In this document: in pieces, positions 1 to 13,326 of the stretch
Layout: each line of letters opens with the position of its first letter
Numbering within the stretch: position 1 is the first letter of the stretch
Source of the DNA: Antedon mediterranea
Lineage: Eukaryota; Animalia; Echinodermata
Direction of reading: 5' to 3'
DNA length: 64,000 bases
NCBI RefSeq assembly: GCF_964355755.1
Contig: NC_092677.1
Coordinates: 1,262,101 to 1,326,100, forward strand
Notes under the pieces: generated by a model
Database searches by the model: none
What the model saw: the letters and a program-made list of their open reading frames with translations, nothing else
Told to the model about the DNA's origin: nothing
Translations under genes and position numbers: made by a program

Positions 1-352
1 GTTAAAGGTTTCGATCGTATTTCGATCAACACATTTTTTGAATTTGATCTAGAATCTCGGACCCGTGGACACCCATATAAACTCAAGTTTAAAAGCTCTC
101 GTCTTAATATTAGGAGGGACACGTTCTCCAGGAGAGTTATTCTCTTATGGAATACTCTGCCTATGGATGTAGTTTCATGTGCTACGGTGAACTTGTTCAA
201 AGCAAAACTTAACGTCGCATGGTCTAACCACCCGCTGAAGTTTTCACCCTATATAGAATATGATTTTATTGCTAAGAGGGGCTTTTAAGCACTGAGTGCT
301 TCGCCTCGATCCCGTAGACGAAAGTGTACGGGAAACAAGTAAACAAGTAAAT
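1..352 (+). mobile_element. 3' end of a CR1/L2-group LINE (ORF2 C-terminus, 3' UTR, short tandem tail)
   Basis: Frame 1 from nt 1 reads VKGFDRISINTFFEFDLESRTRGHPYKLKFKSSRLNIRRDTFSRRVILLWNTLP...FKAKL to a stop at 288. TRGH..KL / F..RV...WN.LP / FK..L is the typical CR1-group ORF2 C-terminus. It ends in an AAACAAGT repeat at about 333-352. Confidence 0.8.
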
Positions 353-714
353 GATCTTGTATTAGTTAGTTTTTACTGTTATGGAATAATTATTTAATAA
401 CATTCAACGTTTTTTACATATTTGTTTTCCTTTTTTTTTTTCAATATTTTAGATTTATTAGTTTTCTTGTCATGTCGACAACTGTTCAGGTGGTCAATGC
501 TTAAAGTAATTTTTAATTATTTTGATCTCCTTTCACACATCTTTTTTCTTTTCTTATAGTTCATATATCTGTTCATTTAGTTCAATATGTGGAAAATAAA
601 TAAATGAAACAAACAGTTATACACATAACTTGTTAGACAATTCATTTTTAGACTTTCAGACCTTATCTTGATATCAGTTTAATCTAAGTCAATTTTTCAC
701 AGTATATTCCTTAT

Positions 715-1272
715 GGCCAGGAATCGATGTGGTTATGTTTTCACGGTGCGCAATAAAAAATTACGCGGTCTACGCACGATTTAACGAAATCACGTTTGTA
801 ATCATATCTTCAATACCATGAATCACAATTAAAAAAAATTTGGTACTCATAAATTTCAGGGCATAAATCATCATATGGCAATACAATTACGTACGTAGCG
901 CATGTAACGCATGCGTACGCGCGCTTAAAATTTTCAAAATTTATTTGCGATGAAATAAGAGTACGTTTCAGGCAATTTTAAGCGTTTACAAAATTGCCAT
1001 GAGTCCGCAGATTTTTGCGCGCGCACTGCGCGTTAAATGTTGTTACGCACTCTTTTTGCCCGATTTCTGTTTTCTTGACTTACTTTTCAACTCGAAATTA
1101 CGTTATACGAGCACGTCAAAAGTGACAGGCTACGCACTTGTAAATTAAAAAAATATAAATGTTTTTAAACATTTCAACATTTTTAAACATGTTCAGTAAT
1201 TTCGGTCAATTGGTCGGTCGGTCGGTAAACACTAATGAGCACGCGACTGCATCCATCTATATGGCCTTGTTT
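715..1272 (+). mobile_element. Helentron-associated (HINE/DINE-1-like) non-autonomous element, 3' part
   Basis: (GGTC)n microsatellite near 1211, GCACGCGACT subterminal motif and a 3' end (ccat...atggccttgtt) running into a T tract. Nt 1211-1270 match 51019-51110 in reverse complement. The 5' boundary is approximate. Confidence 0.55.
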
Positions 1273-1367
1273 TTCTAACAATTACTTTTAAACACTAGGC
1301 CTAATGTAAACATGATAAAAATCCTGTGTTGTGCTTGTATAGTAAGATTATTCTTTTGTTTTTCTAG

Positions 1368-2721
1368 ATGTTTCAGAACCTTTTTTTAAGCCAGAAGAAG
1401 GATTATCCATCATGATAAATGACACAGCAACATTTATATGTACTTCACTTGATGGTATTCCAACACCGATTACCATAACATGGATCAAAGATGGCAATGA
1501 ACTTGATGTTTCTGATACAGACAAGTATCCGTCTTGTGATGTAGCATTAACGATTAATAAAGTTGCTGAAACAGACGAGGGAGTTTATCAGTGTAGAGCA
1601 GAGAATGCTGCTTACAGTGGAACAGATGGGAAACTTAGTAATACTGCCACACTATCAATAGGTTGGTGAAAATAAACATTTTGATAAATAATATATTTTA
1701 TTGGCATCATATTATAAGTAGTTTCTACAAGTCATAATTATTAATGGAATATTCATATTACAGTATATTATGTCATGCGGTAACAAAAATAGAGCACAGC
1801 TACAGCAAAATCTGAAAGTTTCAGTTTATTTTAGTAATTAAAGGCCTTTTGTAATGTGAACGCATGGCGTGTTTTATTAATATTGCAATTTTGTATTTTC
1901 TATTTCTTTAGCATTAACGACAACTTCTTTTATATCCAGTAGGTTTTGCTTGCATGCATTGTATTGTAAAGTTTCAGGTTTTTGCATTTGAGAAAAGAAA
2001 ACAAGGATAGAAATTGGAGGGATATCCCCGCCCCATCTCTAGGATCTGCATGAGTGCTTAAAAGGGAAAATAATGATGACCGTTGTATATTTGTCAACAT
2101 TTCATTATTGTAAACATGTTTAAAACATGGTAACACTTAGCCTTCTGTATTATTTGTTTAGTTTCAAGTACAGACGTTTCAAATAGTGAGCGTGTGTGTA
2201 ATTCAACTGGTTTTGTTGTTGGAATGACGTTTGTTGGTGTGCTCATGGGATTCATTCTATGTTTTCTTATGTGTTTTATCATCAGCAAAATAAAGAAGTC
2301 ACATCCAAAGGTAAAGTATAATTCAGAAAGTAGAACAAAAAGGGCAAAATAGCCAAGGTTTAGAGAAATACTGTACACTGCAAATAGTATATAGAAATAT
2401 ACATTAAATGTACTTGTTGATGTTTTATTTTAAAGGCACCGACATCGAAAAACGACAACCAATCAGGGGTAAGGATGCCATACAGCTTTCACTGCTAATT
2501 TTCACTTTGTTTCACTAATTATCATCAAAATTGTCACCAATAAGGTTTACACGATTCTAATTCTTTTTCTATCCAATAAACTCTAGTTTTAGCAGCAGGC
2601 GTATATGACATACACTGGAGAGACAGATAAAGAAACAACCCACACATACCAAGATTTACAGAAGAAAGACGATAATCAAGCTGTATATGTAAATGTTAAA
2701 GCAAAGAGAGACAACAAATAA
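1368..2721 (+). CDS. IgSF receptor unit 1, 3' part (I-set 1368-1661, stalk 1912-1938, TM 2162-2310, microexon 2436-2468, tail 2593-2721); leader and V presumably upstream of the window
   Basis: All exons have AG/GT boundaries and phases 1-1-1-0-0, open throughout. Tail reads QQAYMTYTGETDKETTHTYQDLQKKDDNQAVYVNVKAKRDNK*. Confidence 0.8.
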
Positions 2722-3015
2722 TGCATCTTAAATTGTTAATGAAATATCACAGTTTGTAAATTGTTGATTTTAATAATATAACTCAATCATTTATGGGTAA
2801 AACTGACAAATTAATTAATTAAGTAATTTAAAATAACAAGAAAAAATTGAATTCTCCAATTTGTTATAAAAAACCCATACACTTTATACCTAGTGCCATT
2901 GCCTATGGCGTATAGCAAGATGTGATGTAAAGATGAAAGCCATAAGACATATCTAAAAAACAAGATACATTTATATGAATTCTATTTCTTGGTCATTATT
3001 TCGTACTGAAATTAA

Positions 3016-3558
3016 AGATGTATTGTCCCTTGAAACACACAAAATGAAAAAAAAAATATTCTAAATTTAAATTGGCCATATCAAAGTAATATTAAAGTTA
3101 TTCACTTTAAGTCAAAAACTCGAACCCAAAACAACAGTTTACGTAATTAACAGGTAAATTAATTAGATTACATTTCGTCTGAGAAATCGTCGCAAGCGAA
3201 AGTAAACAAAGATTTCAAACCATGAGTATGCATTATGCATGATGCTAATTAGGATTGTTTACAACTCATCACGGTTGAGAAGGTGTTTTCACACAGATCG
3301 CGAGGAAGTTTGATTATGCATACAGAGTAGCCAAACAAGCGCATTGCATTATGGGATATGTTTTGATTGAAAAGTTTGACTGGAAGTCAAATTTATTTTT
3401 TGAACAAAAAAACATCTGTATTTCGGTTAAATTATTTTTTTTTTGACTAACTTTTGGTGAAAGTTAATAACTATTATGATACTTCAAAATGACCCACTTT
3501 TTTTCGAAATTAAAAAAAATAATTTTTTTTTGTAATTAGTCAAATGGACAATACATCT
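3016..3558. mobile_element. MITE with TTAA TSD (Kolobok-like AG...CT termini)
   Basis: ttaa|AGATGTATTGTCC ... GGACAATACATCT|ttaa: 13-bp perfect TIR flanked by TTAA on both sides. Confidence 0.7.
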
Positions 3559-3806
3559 TTAAAATTTGCTTGTAGTTGAATCGTTGAATATTTGAAAACA
3601 ACATACAAAGGAAAAATAAGGATTTCTTACACCAACACGCGTTTAAGTTCATATTATTAAAGTGTTCTTTAATTGTGTGCATAAGTTCAACATTATTTTG
3701 AAACGAATTTCATCATCTTTCGTTCAAATGTAGCTTAATGACGGTTGACGCCCTCTACCTCTCCCTGTAGCAATCATTTTCTTACAAAATTGCTACACAC
3801 TCTTTA

Positions 3807-4099
3807 AGCCTGGTTTCCATAAAATCGCTACACCGTTTCCATTGAAATCGCTACACGCGCAAATGTCGCCGACGCGCATCGGGGAGGTCTCCCCGATTCA
3901 TCGCAGACAAATCGGCACAGTTCAACCATGTTCAACTTTGCCGATTTTGTCGGCGATGAGTCGTATACGCGTATACCAAAGAATATTTAGCTCTCGCGTA
4001 CTAGATCCCCGATAAATTCTAGCGTTTCCATAGAATCGCTACGCTCTGTCGGCGACAGCAGTCGGCGACACGGTGTAGCGATTTTATGGAAACCAGGCT
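3807..4099. mobile_element. PIF/Harbinger-like MITE
   Basis: 29-bp TIR AGCCTGGTTTCCATAAAATCGCTACACCG / CGGTGTAGCGATTTTATGGAAACCAGGCT with TTA TSD. Confidence 0.8.
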
Positions 4100-4732
4100 T
4101 TAGTCTTCACGCTTATTAGACATTACAAGCAAGTAACGTTACAGGTTGGTTCTATTTTTTGTTAATATACGTAATACATAAAACTACTTTCTATTATTTA
4201 GCAAATTAATTGTCACTATTAAAAATCAGGTATATTGATTCAATCGATATTGGACATGAACGATACTGTATGGTTGAAGCAGACATAATAATATATCAAA
4301 GTATGAATGGAAATCCACACTCATAACAATAATAACAATCAGTATTTCAATATACATTATATACAATCACAATAGTGGAATAGTTTTGCTTTATAGGCCC
4401 ACTGGTCGTATTTAAGATTTCCTGCTTTATAGATTTGTAATGAAAACGGAAATGTAAACAAGATATGTGATATCTTGTTTTTTTTTTCAACTTTGTGTTT
4501 GTAAAAAGACAATTCTTTTATAGATATATAGGAAATATGTTTGTTCACAAACAAATAATCTAAACATTAGGCCACCATACAGTATCATGGAGTAAGTAAA
4601 CAAAAATGTAAATGAATCCTCATTCAGACAATACAAGAACCATCAGTGTCCTGTATACACATTGAGAGACAAGAGTGATATTTTATTTTCAGATTATTAG
4701 CCATGCTCAGAATGTCATTCTTAACAGAAGTA

Positions 4733-5707
4733 ATGGCGATATGTGAATGTGCACTAATTTTCCTGATTTTCCTAAGCGACTGTAAGTAGAAACTTAATTG
4801 TCATGCATGTTATTAGTAGGGTCCTACTATTATTTCAACATAGACTATAAGACTGAAATGGCTATGGACGGTGACAGCGTAACCAATTTTTATTTATCTA
4901 CGAATTACGTACTGTAGATTTAAGTCATTTAAAAGTAGGCAATCATCATTTTAATATAAAGACAATTGATTTTGTGAATACAGATCTGGAAACCCCCGTT
5001 TTGAAGTCGGACACATTATCTGTGATGATAAATGACACCGCAACATTTACATGTACTCAACTTATCGGTGAACCAAAATCAATTAATGTCAGATGGACAA
5101 AAAATGATGCTACGCTAGATATTTCTGATACAGACAAATATCCGTTTTCTGATGCTTTATTAATTATTAATAAAGTAGATGAAATGGACGACGGAAGTTA
5201 TCCGTAATGCCTTGTTGTTTGGCATACCAAAATCTCAAATACAACGTTTGCAGCGCTTGCAAAATATGGCAGCTAGAATTGTAACTTATACAAAATCAAA
5301 CGCTCACATAACTCCTGTCCTGATGGATTTGCATTGGTTGCCTGTTCAACAACGTATTAAGTACAAACTTGCGTTGTTTGTATTCAAGATCCTAAATGAC
5401 AGTGCTCCTGCTTATTTATCTGACCTTGTGGATCGTTACGAATCATCCCGCAGAGGCCTACGATCATTGTCACAAAACCTTCTTCAAGAGCGTAGAGCGA
5501 AAAATCAGTGGGGTCAGAGATCTTTTTACGTTGCGGCCGCAAGTGTATGGAACAGCTTACCAGCAACAGTTAAATGCTCAACTAGTCTAAACAGTTTCAA
5601 GACCAACCTAAAGACGTCGCTATTCGCTGATGTTCTCGCACGTTGTTAATGCACAAAGCGCCATGAGCGCCACATGGGTGGAGGATACCGGCGCTATATA
5701 AGTTTTC

Positions 5708-5785
<78 letters not shown>

Positions 5786-6854
5786 CAGTGTGTAGCAGAG
5801 AATGCTGCTTACAGTGGAGATGAAGAAAAACCGAGTAATCCTCTTATACTCTCAGTAGGTTGGTTGCAATAAAGTTGTTATAACTAATGATACAATAATA
5901 TCATATTTTATTGAGATCATAGGTATAATATAGTCTATCATAATTAGACGGAATATTCCAACAATTATGTATTATGCGGTAATGGAAATAAAGCACAGCT
6001 ACACAGTTTAATTATAAAAGGCCTTTTTATAATAATATTAATAGAACAAGAAAATATATAAAACCAATAGATGAACTGACTATGTTTAAATAACATAATC
6101 ATATGTACTTTCTATTTCTTTAGCATTTACGACAACTTTTTCTACATCCAGTAGGTCAACTACACGTACGTTTTGTTTGTTTGCATTGCACTAATAGTTT
6201 CCTATTTTTAGGTTTGCAAATAAAAAATATGACTATTGTATATTTGTTATGTCACAATCACATGGTAACTCTGATCCTCTTGATTTGTATATCGTTCGTA
6301 CACAGAAGTTCCAAATAGTGAGGATGTATGTACTTCAACTGGTCTTGTTGTTGGAATGACGTTTGTTGGTGTGCTCATTGGATTCATTCTCTGTTTGATT
6401 GTGGTTTTCATCATCAGCAAAAAAAGGACGACAAAATCACAGGTAAAGTATAATTCAGAAGGTAGAAAAAAAAACAGTAAAATAGTCGAAAGTTAAGTGA
6501 AATACCGTCACACGTAATGGCAAACGTATTATCATTCAATTTACTTTTTGATGTTTTATTTCAAAGGCACCGACATCAATAAATGACAACCAATCAGGGG
6601 TAAGAATGCTATACTTCAACCTTAATTATTCGCTTTCACTTTAATCATTACCATCATTGTCACCAATACACAATAAAGGTTTGCATGATTGTAATTCATC
6701 TTACTTTACTGTTGTATTTTTTTAGCAGCAAGAGTATATGACTTATACTGGAGAGACAGATAAAGAAACAAACCACACATACCAAGATTTACAGAAGAAA
6801 GACGATAATCAAGCTGTATATGTAAATGTTAAAGCAAAAAAGGACAAAAAATAA
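4733..6854 (+). pseudogene. IgSF receptor unit 2: leader 4733-4781, V exon deleted, I-set exon 4984-5858 split by a LINE, stalk 6124-6150, TM 6306-6442, microexon 6567-6599, tail 6726-6854
   Basis: Close paralog of unit 6. The intron sequence that flanks unit 6's V exon is joined directly at about 4896. The LINE sits in the GSY|QC codons. The downstream exons are open. Confidence 0.8.
5203..5781 (+). mobile_element. 5'-truncated L2/CR1-group LINE with (TAT)n tail, inserted in an Ig exon
   Basis: ORF 5179-5649 has LQRLQNMAARIV...HITPVLMDLHWLPV..RIKYK...RSF..AA..VWNSLP..FKTNLKT, the L2-type ORF2 C-terminus. (TAT)n at about 5711-5785, TTATC duplicated at both ends, and the Ig exon resumes after the tail. 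Confidence 0.9.
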
Positions 6855-7932
6855 TATACATGTTTAAAATAAAAATGAAAGAAATACATTATTATTGTTA
6901 TTCTTATTATTAATGAAACACCATTGGTTTAAAACTACATGAATGACATACCTATTGTTGATTTTATTATAGAAATAAAGAGAAATCATAATCTGTAGAA
7001 AGTGATTTCTTTCTCTTGATTTAACTCTTTAACGCGTACAAATTTAATAACAAGGAAATGTGAATGCTGCAATTTGTATCATCATTAACAATAAAAAAAA
7101 ACCTCTATGTACCTATAGTGGCATAATCTACCAGTGGTATAGAGCAACATATGATGTAACGATGAAAACAATTAAAATAACCCTGTATGGATCGTATGGT
7201 ACAACTTTTTTTTTCTATCCGTGGGCCTAGGCGAAGGTCTAAATCACTTGGATCTAACAATGGGTTCTGTAATAAAAAGTGTTACTTTGCTTTTATATGA
7301 GTTCTTGTTTATCATTATGAGTCCAACTCCAAATAAATGTCCAAATATTGTCAAATAATAACAATTAAGAGATATGTTTCAAATACAATCTATAATCAAA
7401 GAGTAAATTCATTCGTTAAACAACAAAATGCCGTGACATGAGATGCAAAAGAAAAATCAATTTTGAAATCAGTAGCCTATAATAACAGTTGACGGCCGTT
7501 TAATTAGTATATTAGTACCGTAGCCTATAGGCCTAGTAATGGACCCCATCGTCACCAACAACGGCACCAAAATGCCATTTTCTTGTTCAAAGAATCATCG
7601 TTACTTTTGATGCAGGACACATCAAGTTTGTGCCGATTTCACAATAGCAATTGTTTGAGAAATTAAAGTTTAGACCAAAGATACTTTAGCGTCTTGAAGT
7701 GGCGCCACTCTACGTGGCGCGTTATACGATCTTTGGTTTTAGACTGGGTGTGGCCGGGGATAGAGCGAGATAGCTTAGTGAACGATGAGGGCGTGTGTAA
7801 TTAATTCAATCCAGAGCCATCAGATTCAATAAACTCGTACTGTATTAGGTCTACTTTCAAAATCTCACAAAACAAGGAAGGACAATTCGATTTATATTCC
7901 GTATTCACTATACTAGTAATTCTGTCTTTGTG

Positions 7933-10900
7933 ATGATGACTACTTGTTGTTTGCTGCTATTTGTTCTTGTATTTGGTAAGTACCAAGCTTTAATGTTTTG
8001 TTGTCAAACTAAGAAAACATTTAATTTTGTTTGTATTTAAATTACACATTTCCGTCATTTATTGAAATACAAATAGTTATACAGTTATGTTATTTTCGGA
8101 TTATAGATGGTGGTTCAAATTTTCAACAATCATAAAAATAAACTATCAAGTGAAAGTTGTTCCGGTTGTCTGTGTTTCTATGAAAAAATGCATTTACTAG
8201 AACTAGAGGGTGAGCTCGCTTCGCTCGCTCCCCCTTTAGGAAGTGTAGACGATGGTTCTCGGAATGATAATTTTTTTTTATTTTTTTTTTTATTCAATTT
8301 TCAGGCACACATACATGACAACACAGCAGTGCAGCACCCTGGGAATTGCCATGAGTGCAAAGCACTATCGAGATGGCTCTCTATATACTGCACTAGAACA
8401 TATAAGACAAACATATACACAAGATGCTCTACATAGACAAAGACTTATTATTAAGTCTTTGGGAGTGGAGTTGTAAATTGTCATGAGAAAAAAACCCTGA
8501 CATATGACAGGACCCTTAGATTGGTAGCCAAGCATCATAACCACCAAGCCACAACTCCACTCTAATGTTCTCCTTATACATTTTCTGTCGGTTACCATTA
8601 TTGAAAATGCTTGACATTCGTAAAACTAAACTACTTTGTTTCACAGTGTTTTAGATGATTAATAACATTTTAAAGTATAGTTTTTATTGTTTGGTAGGGC
8701 CCTTTGGGGAGGCGGAGGTCATTTGAGGGAGGTGCTTATTCGAGGGATATATGTTAAATTTTTTAGTTCTAATAATATGGTAACATTTATAATCAAATTA
8801 AATCCTCTAATAGATATGAAAAGTGGTAAAAAAGAATAACAAATGCTTGGTAAATTGCAGATAACAGTGCGGTGAATTCTACTACAAATAGTATAATTGT
8901 GTTATTATAAATATGTGGATGGACGTTTATTAGATATTAGATAGTTGGGTTGGGGGTGGTGGGGGGGGGGGGTTAGGTGGGGGGGGGGGGGGGTTATTAT
9001 TCAAAGTGATGTTTTATTGGAGAGGCGTTTATTCAAATGAATACCATCCTAATAATTATTAATACATTATTTAATTTAATCATCTTTTGAAACTAACTGC
9101 CGTGACAGAGTGGGCCCAAGAAAAAAGACATTACGGCTTGCAACATGGGCAGACATCTCGGTCCTAACGGGACACAGGAAGATAGCCTACAGTTATTCCT
9201 GCAAGCTTACTCAATAAAACTCAGCTATCGGGATTTCACTCGAAAAATGTCTTATCATCAAATCTCCCTATGTAATTTTAGAATACTATTCCCCACAATA
9301 TATTCTGATTCTTTATGGCGTATATTTAATTTGATCTTTATTACTTTGCAGTATAATTCCTATTATTTAACTACTGTACCTTCACACACGCGCGGTATGT
9401 TTTAAAATAAACAAAAAAATGAAATGGCTATGATTAATGGCCAACTTAAGCTCCAGTCCTACTATATCTGATTTTTTTTTTCGTCTTCCAAAGGGACACT
9501 GTATTGATTGATGGAAAGTGCCTGTTTCCATTCACCTTTAGGGTCAAATCTATTATTTTAACTGCTCCCTTGTGTATAAAAGAGAGAAAATATTTGAAAC
9601 CAGGTTGTTGCAAGGTGAACTTATCTTAAACCCGGAAATTACTTTGACCGGGAAGAATTGAAATTGAGATGAAAATCTAATGTTGAAATCATAAATTGTG
9701 TTAGAAAACTCTTTATAATATCTTCCTAAGATAGAAATATGGAACAATAGCGTCGCTGTGAACACTAATGTTATCAAATCTCCGTTTCGCGGTACATCTC
9801 AGATAGATAAGGTAGGTATCCAAGGCGGAGATTTGTACCGAAGTTTTTGCATTGTGCTCGCCTATGTCAGAATTAACCATAATTTATATATAGATTTATT
9901 ATTTTGCTATTATCATAATTCTGATTTAAACACTTTTCAGTATAGGCCTAATATGTCATATTTCACAGACAATCTTAGTTTCAGATACAAGTGCCCAAAC
10001 ACTAGTGACAGTGAATGCTGGTACAGCAAAAGTTGATGAAGCTGCAACAATGACGTGTACTTATACACTTGAACCAAATGATTCACTGCTGCAACTGTCT
10101 TGGACAAAAGCAGATGACACTGGTGAAGTAGTAGGAAATGCTCTTGTGACTTCTACGGGTCAAGCAACCAATGGTCGATACAGTTTGTCCAACGATAATC
10201 TTATAATAACTGATGTTGAAAGAGGTGACGCAGGCAACTATCGTTGTGCTGTTAGCACCAATAATGGAAATACTGCTGACAACTTTGCTAATCTCACGGT
10301 CTATTGTGAGTATTTTTAATAGTAAAATGATTTTTTTTTTTAATTTATTTAAATATGTTTATTTCAGGTACTGTACAGTACATGTCAGTTAATACAGTAA
10401 TTTTTATTTCATCTTTGAATCATAAGTTTCACAATCAGAAAAAAAAAATGAAACCAATAATTTGGATAAAAAGTAAAAAAGTATCATCATCTATTGTGAT
10501 ATTCAATCTTTTTTTTTAAATTTTTCTATTTTGGTGGTATTATGGTAATTAACTTTCCAATTTATGTGTTTGCTTTTTAGAGTATAATGTAACCATAATG
10601 GTATCATTTACAAATTTAATCTAAAAAATGTATATATAATATGATATTAAAAAGTGAAAAGCAATTATAATGCAGGGATGTTATTTACATCAGAACCAAA
10701 TGAATATTCAATATCCTATGTATTCTGTTATATTGTCAAAGAGTACTACTAAACATTAGCAATTACTGTATTACAATTGTAGACATGTCAATTGTGTAAT
10801 TCTAAACAAATGATAATCCAAGAACTGTACAGTATAATTTTGCCATTTCAGATCTTGAAGTACCAGATTTGAAACCAGTAGAATTGCATGCCACATTAAA

Positions 10901-12159
10901 TGAAACAGCGATATTTACATGTACTGAACTTGAAGGTTTACCAACACCAATTACTATCACATGGATCAAAGATGGCAATCCACTTGGTGTTTCTAATACA
11001 GACAAGTATCCAACTTCTGATGCAACATTAACGATTAATAACGTTGTTGAAGAAGATGAAGGAGTTTATCAGTGTAGAGCAGAGAATGCTGCTTACATTG
11101 AAGAAGAAGGAAAACTTAGTAATACTGCCACACTGTCAATAGGTTTGTGGGAATAAACATTTTAATAAATAATATATTTTATTAGCATCATTGTATAAGT
11201 ATTTTCTGCATGTCATAATTATAAATGAAATATTCATATTACAGTATATTATGTCATTGTGGGAACAAAAATAAAGCACAGCGAAAACAGCGATAACTGA
11301 AAGTTTTAGTTTATTAAAGTCATTAATATAAAATGAACGCATGACGTGTCGGATTATTGCTTGTTTATTTTCTATTTCTTTAGCATTGGCGACAACTTCT
11401 TCTATACCCAGTAAGTCAACTACACATAGGTTTTGTTTGTTTGCATTGCATTGTAAATTTCCGGGATTTTGAATTTGCGAAAAAAAAGGATAGCAATTAA
11501 AAGGGATATCTCTGCCCCCATCCCCATGATCTGTATCATGCCTTAAAAGGGAAAATAATGTCAACACTACATTATTGTAAACATGTTTAAAACACGGCAT
11601 GGTAACACGATCCTTCTGTATTATTTGTTCAGTTTTAAGTCCAGAAGTTCCAAAGAGAGAGAATGATTGTAATTCAACTGGTCTTGTTGTTGGAATGACG
11701 TTTGTTGGTGTGCTCATTGGATTCATTATCTGTTTGCTTGTGTGTTTTATCATCAGCAAAATAAGGAAATCACATGCACAGGTAAAGTATAATTCAGAAC
11801 GTAGAACCAAAAGCAAAAGTGTAGACTTAAAATGACCAAAGGTTTAATTAAATACCGCACACTTAAGTAATAGAAACTATTTTAACATTAAATATGATAT
11901 TTTATTTTAAAGGTACCTACATCGAAAAACACCAACCAATCAGGGGTAAGGATGTTACTTTAATTTAATTATTCAATTTCACTCGTCGTCCTCACTATTG
12001 TCACCAATATATCAATAAAGGTTTACACACACGATTTTCATTCTTCTTTTTGCATGCACTGAACTGTTGTATTTTTTTTAGCAGCAGGAGTATATGTGTA
12101 CCGCCAAACCAAAACCAGGCGTTTGTCGGCAGCAAGGGATTTCTGTAAAATGCTTCTGA
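7933..12159 (+). CDS. IgSF receptor unit 3 (leader 7933-7975, V 9979-10305, I-set 10852-11142, stalk 11384-11410, TM 11633-11781, microexon 11913-11945, tail from 12082 truncated at TGA 12157-12159); about 315 aa, lacks YQDL/YVNV
   Basis: Leader MMTTCCLLLFVLVF|gtaagt. Exons are open and phase-compatible. A 99-bp insertion in the tail exon introduces a stop, and the original tail continues at 12196-12309. Confidence 0.7.
8203..9894 (-). mobile_element. Non-autonomous Helitron, family A, copy 1
   Basis: On the minus strand it starts TCTATATATAAATTATGG and ends in a GC hairpin (GAGCGAGCGAAGCGAGCTC) followed by CTAG, inserted between A and T. A second copy with the same termini lies at 47731-49059 in a non-homologous intron. 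Confidence 0.75.
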
Positions 12160-13326
12160 ATGTGTAAAACCTATATCTTGACCATTCATATTATGACTTA
12201 TACTGGAGAGACAGATAAAGAAACCAACCACACATACCAAGATTTACAGAAGAAAGACAATAATCAAGCTGTATATGTAAATGTTAAAGCAAAAAAAGAT
12301 AAAAAATAATATACATGTTTAAAATAAAAATAAAATAAATATATTATCATAATTAATAGGATCATTGCAATGCTTTGAAACTACAATCAAATACCTCTTG
12401 TTAATTTTATTATAGAAATAAAGAGAAATTAACTTTGAGAAAGTGTTTTCTCTATCTTAATTTAAAATTTAATAACAAAGAAATGTGAATGCTGCAATGT
12501 GTATCATCATTAACTAAACAAAGTGTACACAAGTACGTATAGTGACATCTACACCAATGGTATAATATAGCAAAATGTGAAGTAAATATCAAATTTGTAA
12601 TGTAATGTAAAGATGAAAACCATAAACATATAACTTGCAAAATATGAAAAATAAGATATGTAACTAACAACGATACATTTATTAAAATTGAATTTCTTGT
12701 TTTTAGTTGTTGGAAATAAAACTTGCTTGTACTAGACCAACTTTGATGATCCGTTAATGTTTGAATGCATTAGTACATTGATATAGAAATGAAAATAAAC
12801 TATACAATCAATGATTTTAACACCAATACACGTAGCGTTATTTAAATTTAATTCGCCTTCTAGATGTGTATTGGTTGAGTGCTACCATATATTTACAGAA
12901 AATTGAGTAATGTTCAAATTGATTTTGAAACGGAAAAATTAAACTCTATGGACAAATTGGACCGGGCCTTAAAGTTGGGTGCGATGCTGGTTCATTTCTG
13001 TTTTTAAAGAAAACATTTAAGAAATACCACAGTTTGAGTTTGCGCGGTTGAACGCACTGTATAAATAAGGCCTAAAACCATGTGTTTAAATAATTGTTAT
13101 TAATTAAAAAGATAAATTACCATCTTGATTTGGAAGGAAATACAGTGCACTATTGTGATAGAAGTAAAACAAAGATCACAAGTATGAATGGCAATCCAGA
13201 ATCATAACAATGACAGGAACAATCAACAATTCAGTATACAATGCAGTAGAGTGTGTTAGAGTGCGAGACAATAAAAGTGAAACAGTCATCATCTAATAAA
13301 GCAGAAAAGATTACATATTCGATGCG

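Noticed and set aside
8490-8560. tRNA-like sequence on the minus strand (TGGCTTGGTGGTTATGATGC...)
   Set aside because: Only an A-box-like start, with no intact B box or cloverleaf; at most a decayed SINE head, not a tRNA gene.
8945-8994. Long G runs (G-quadruplex potential)
   Set aside because: Low-complexity tract inside a Helitron copy, much shorter in the sister copy (about 48415-48450), and homopolymer length is unreliable.
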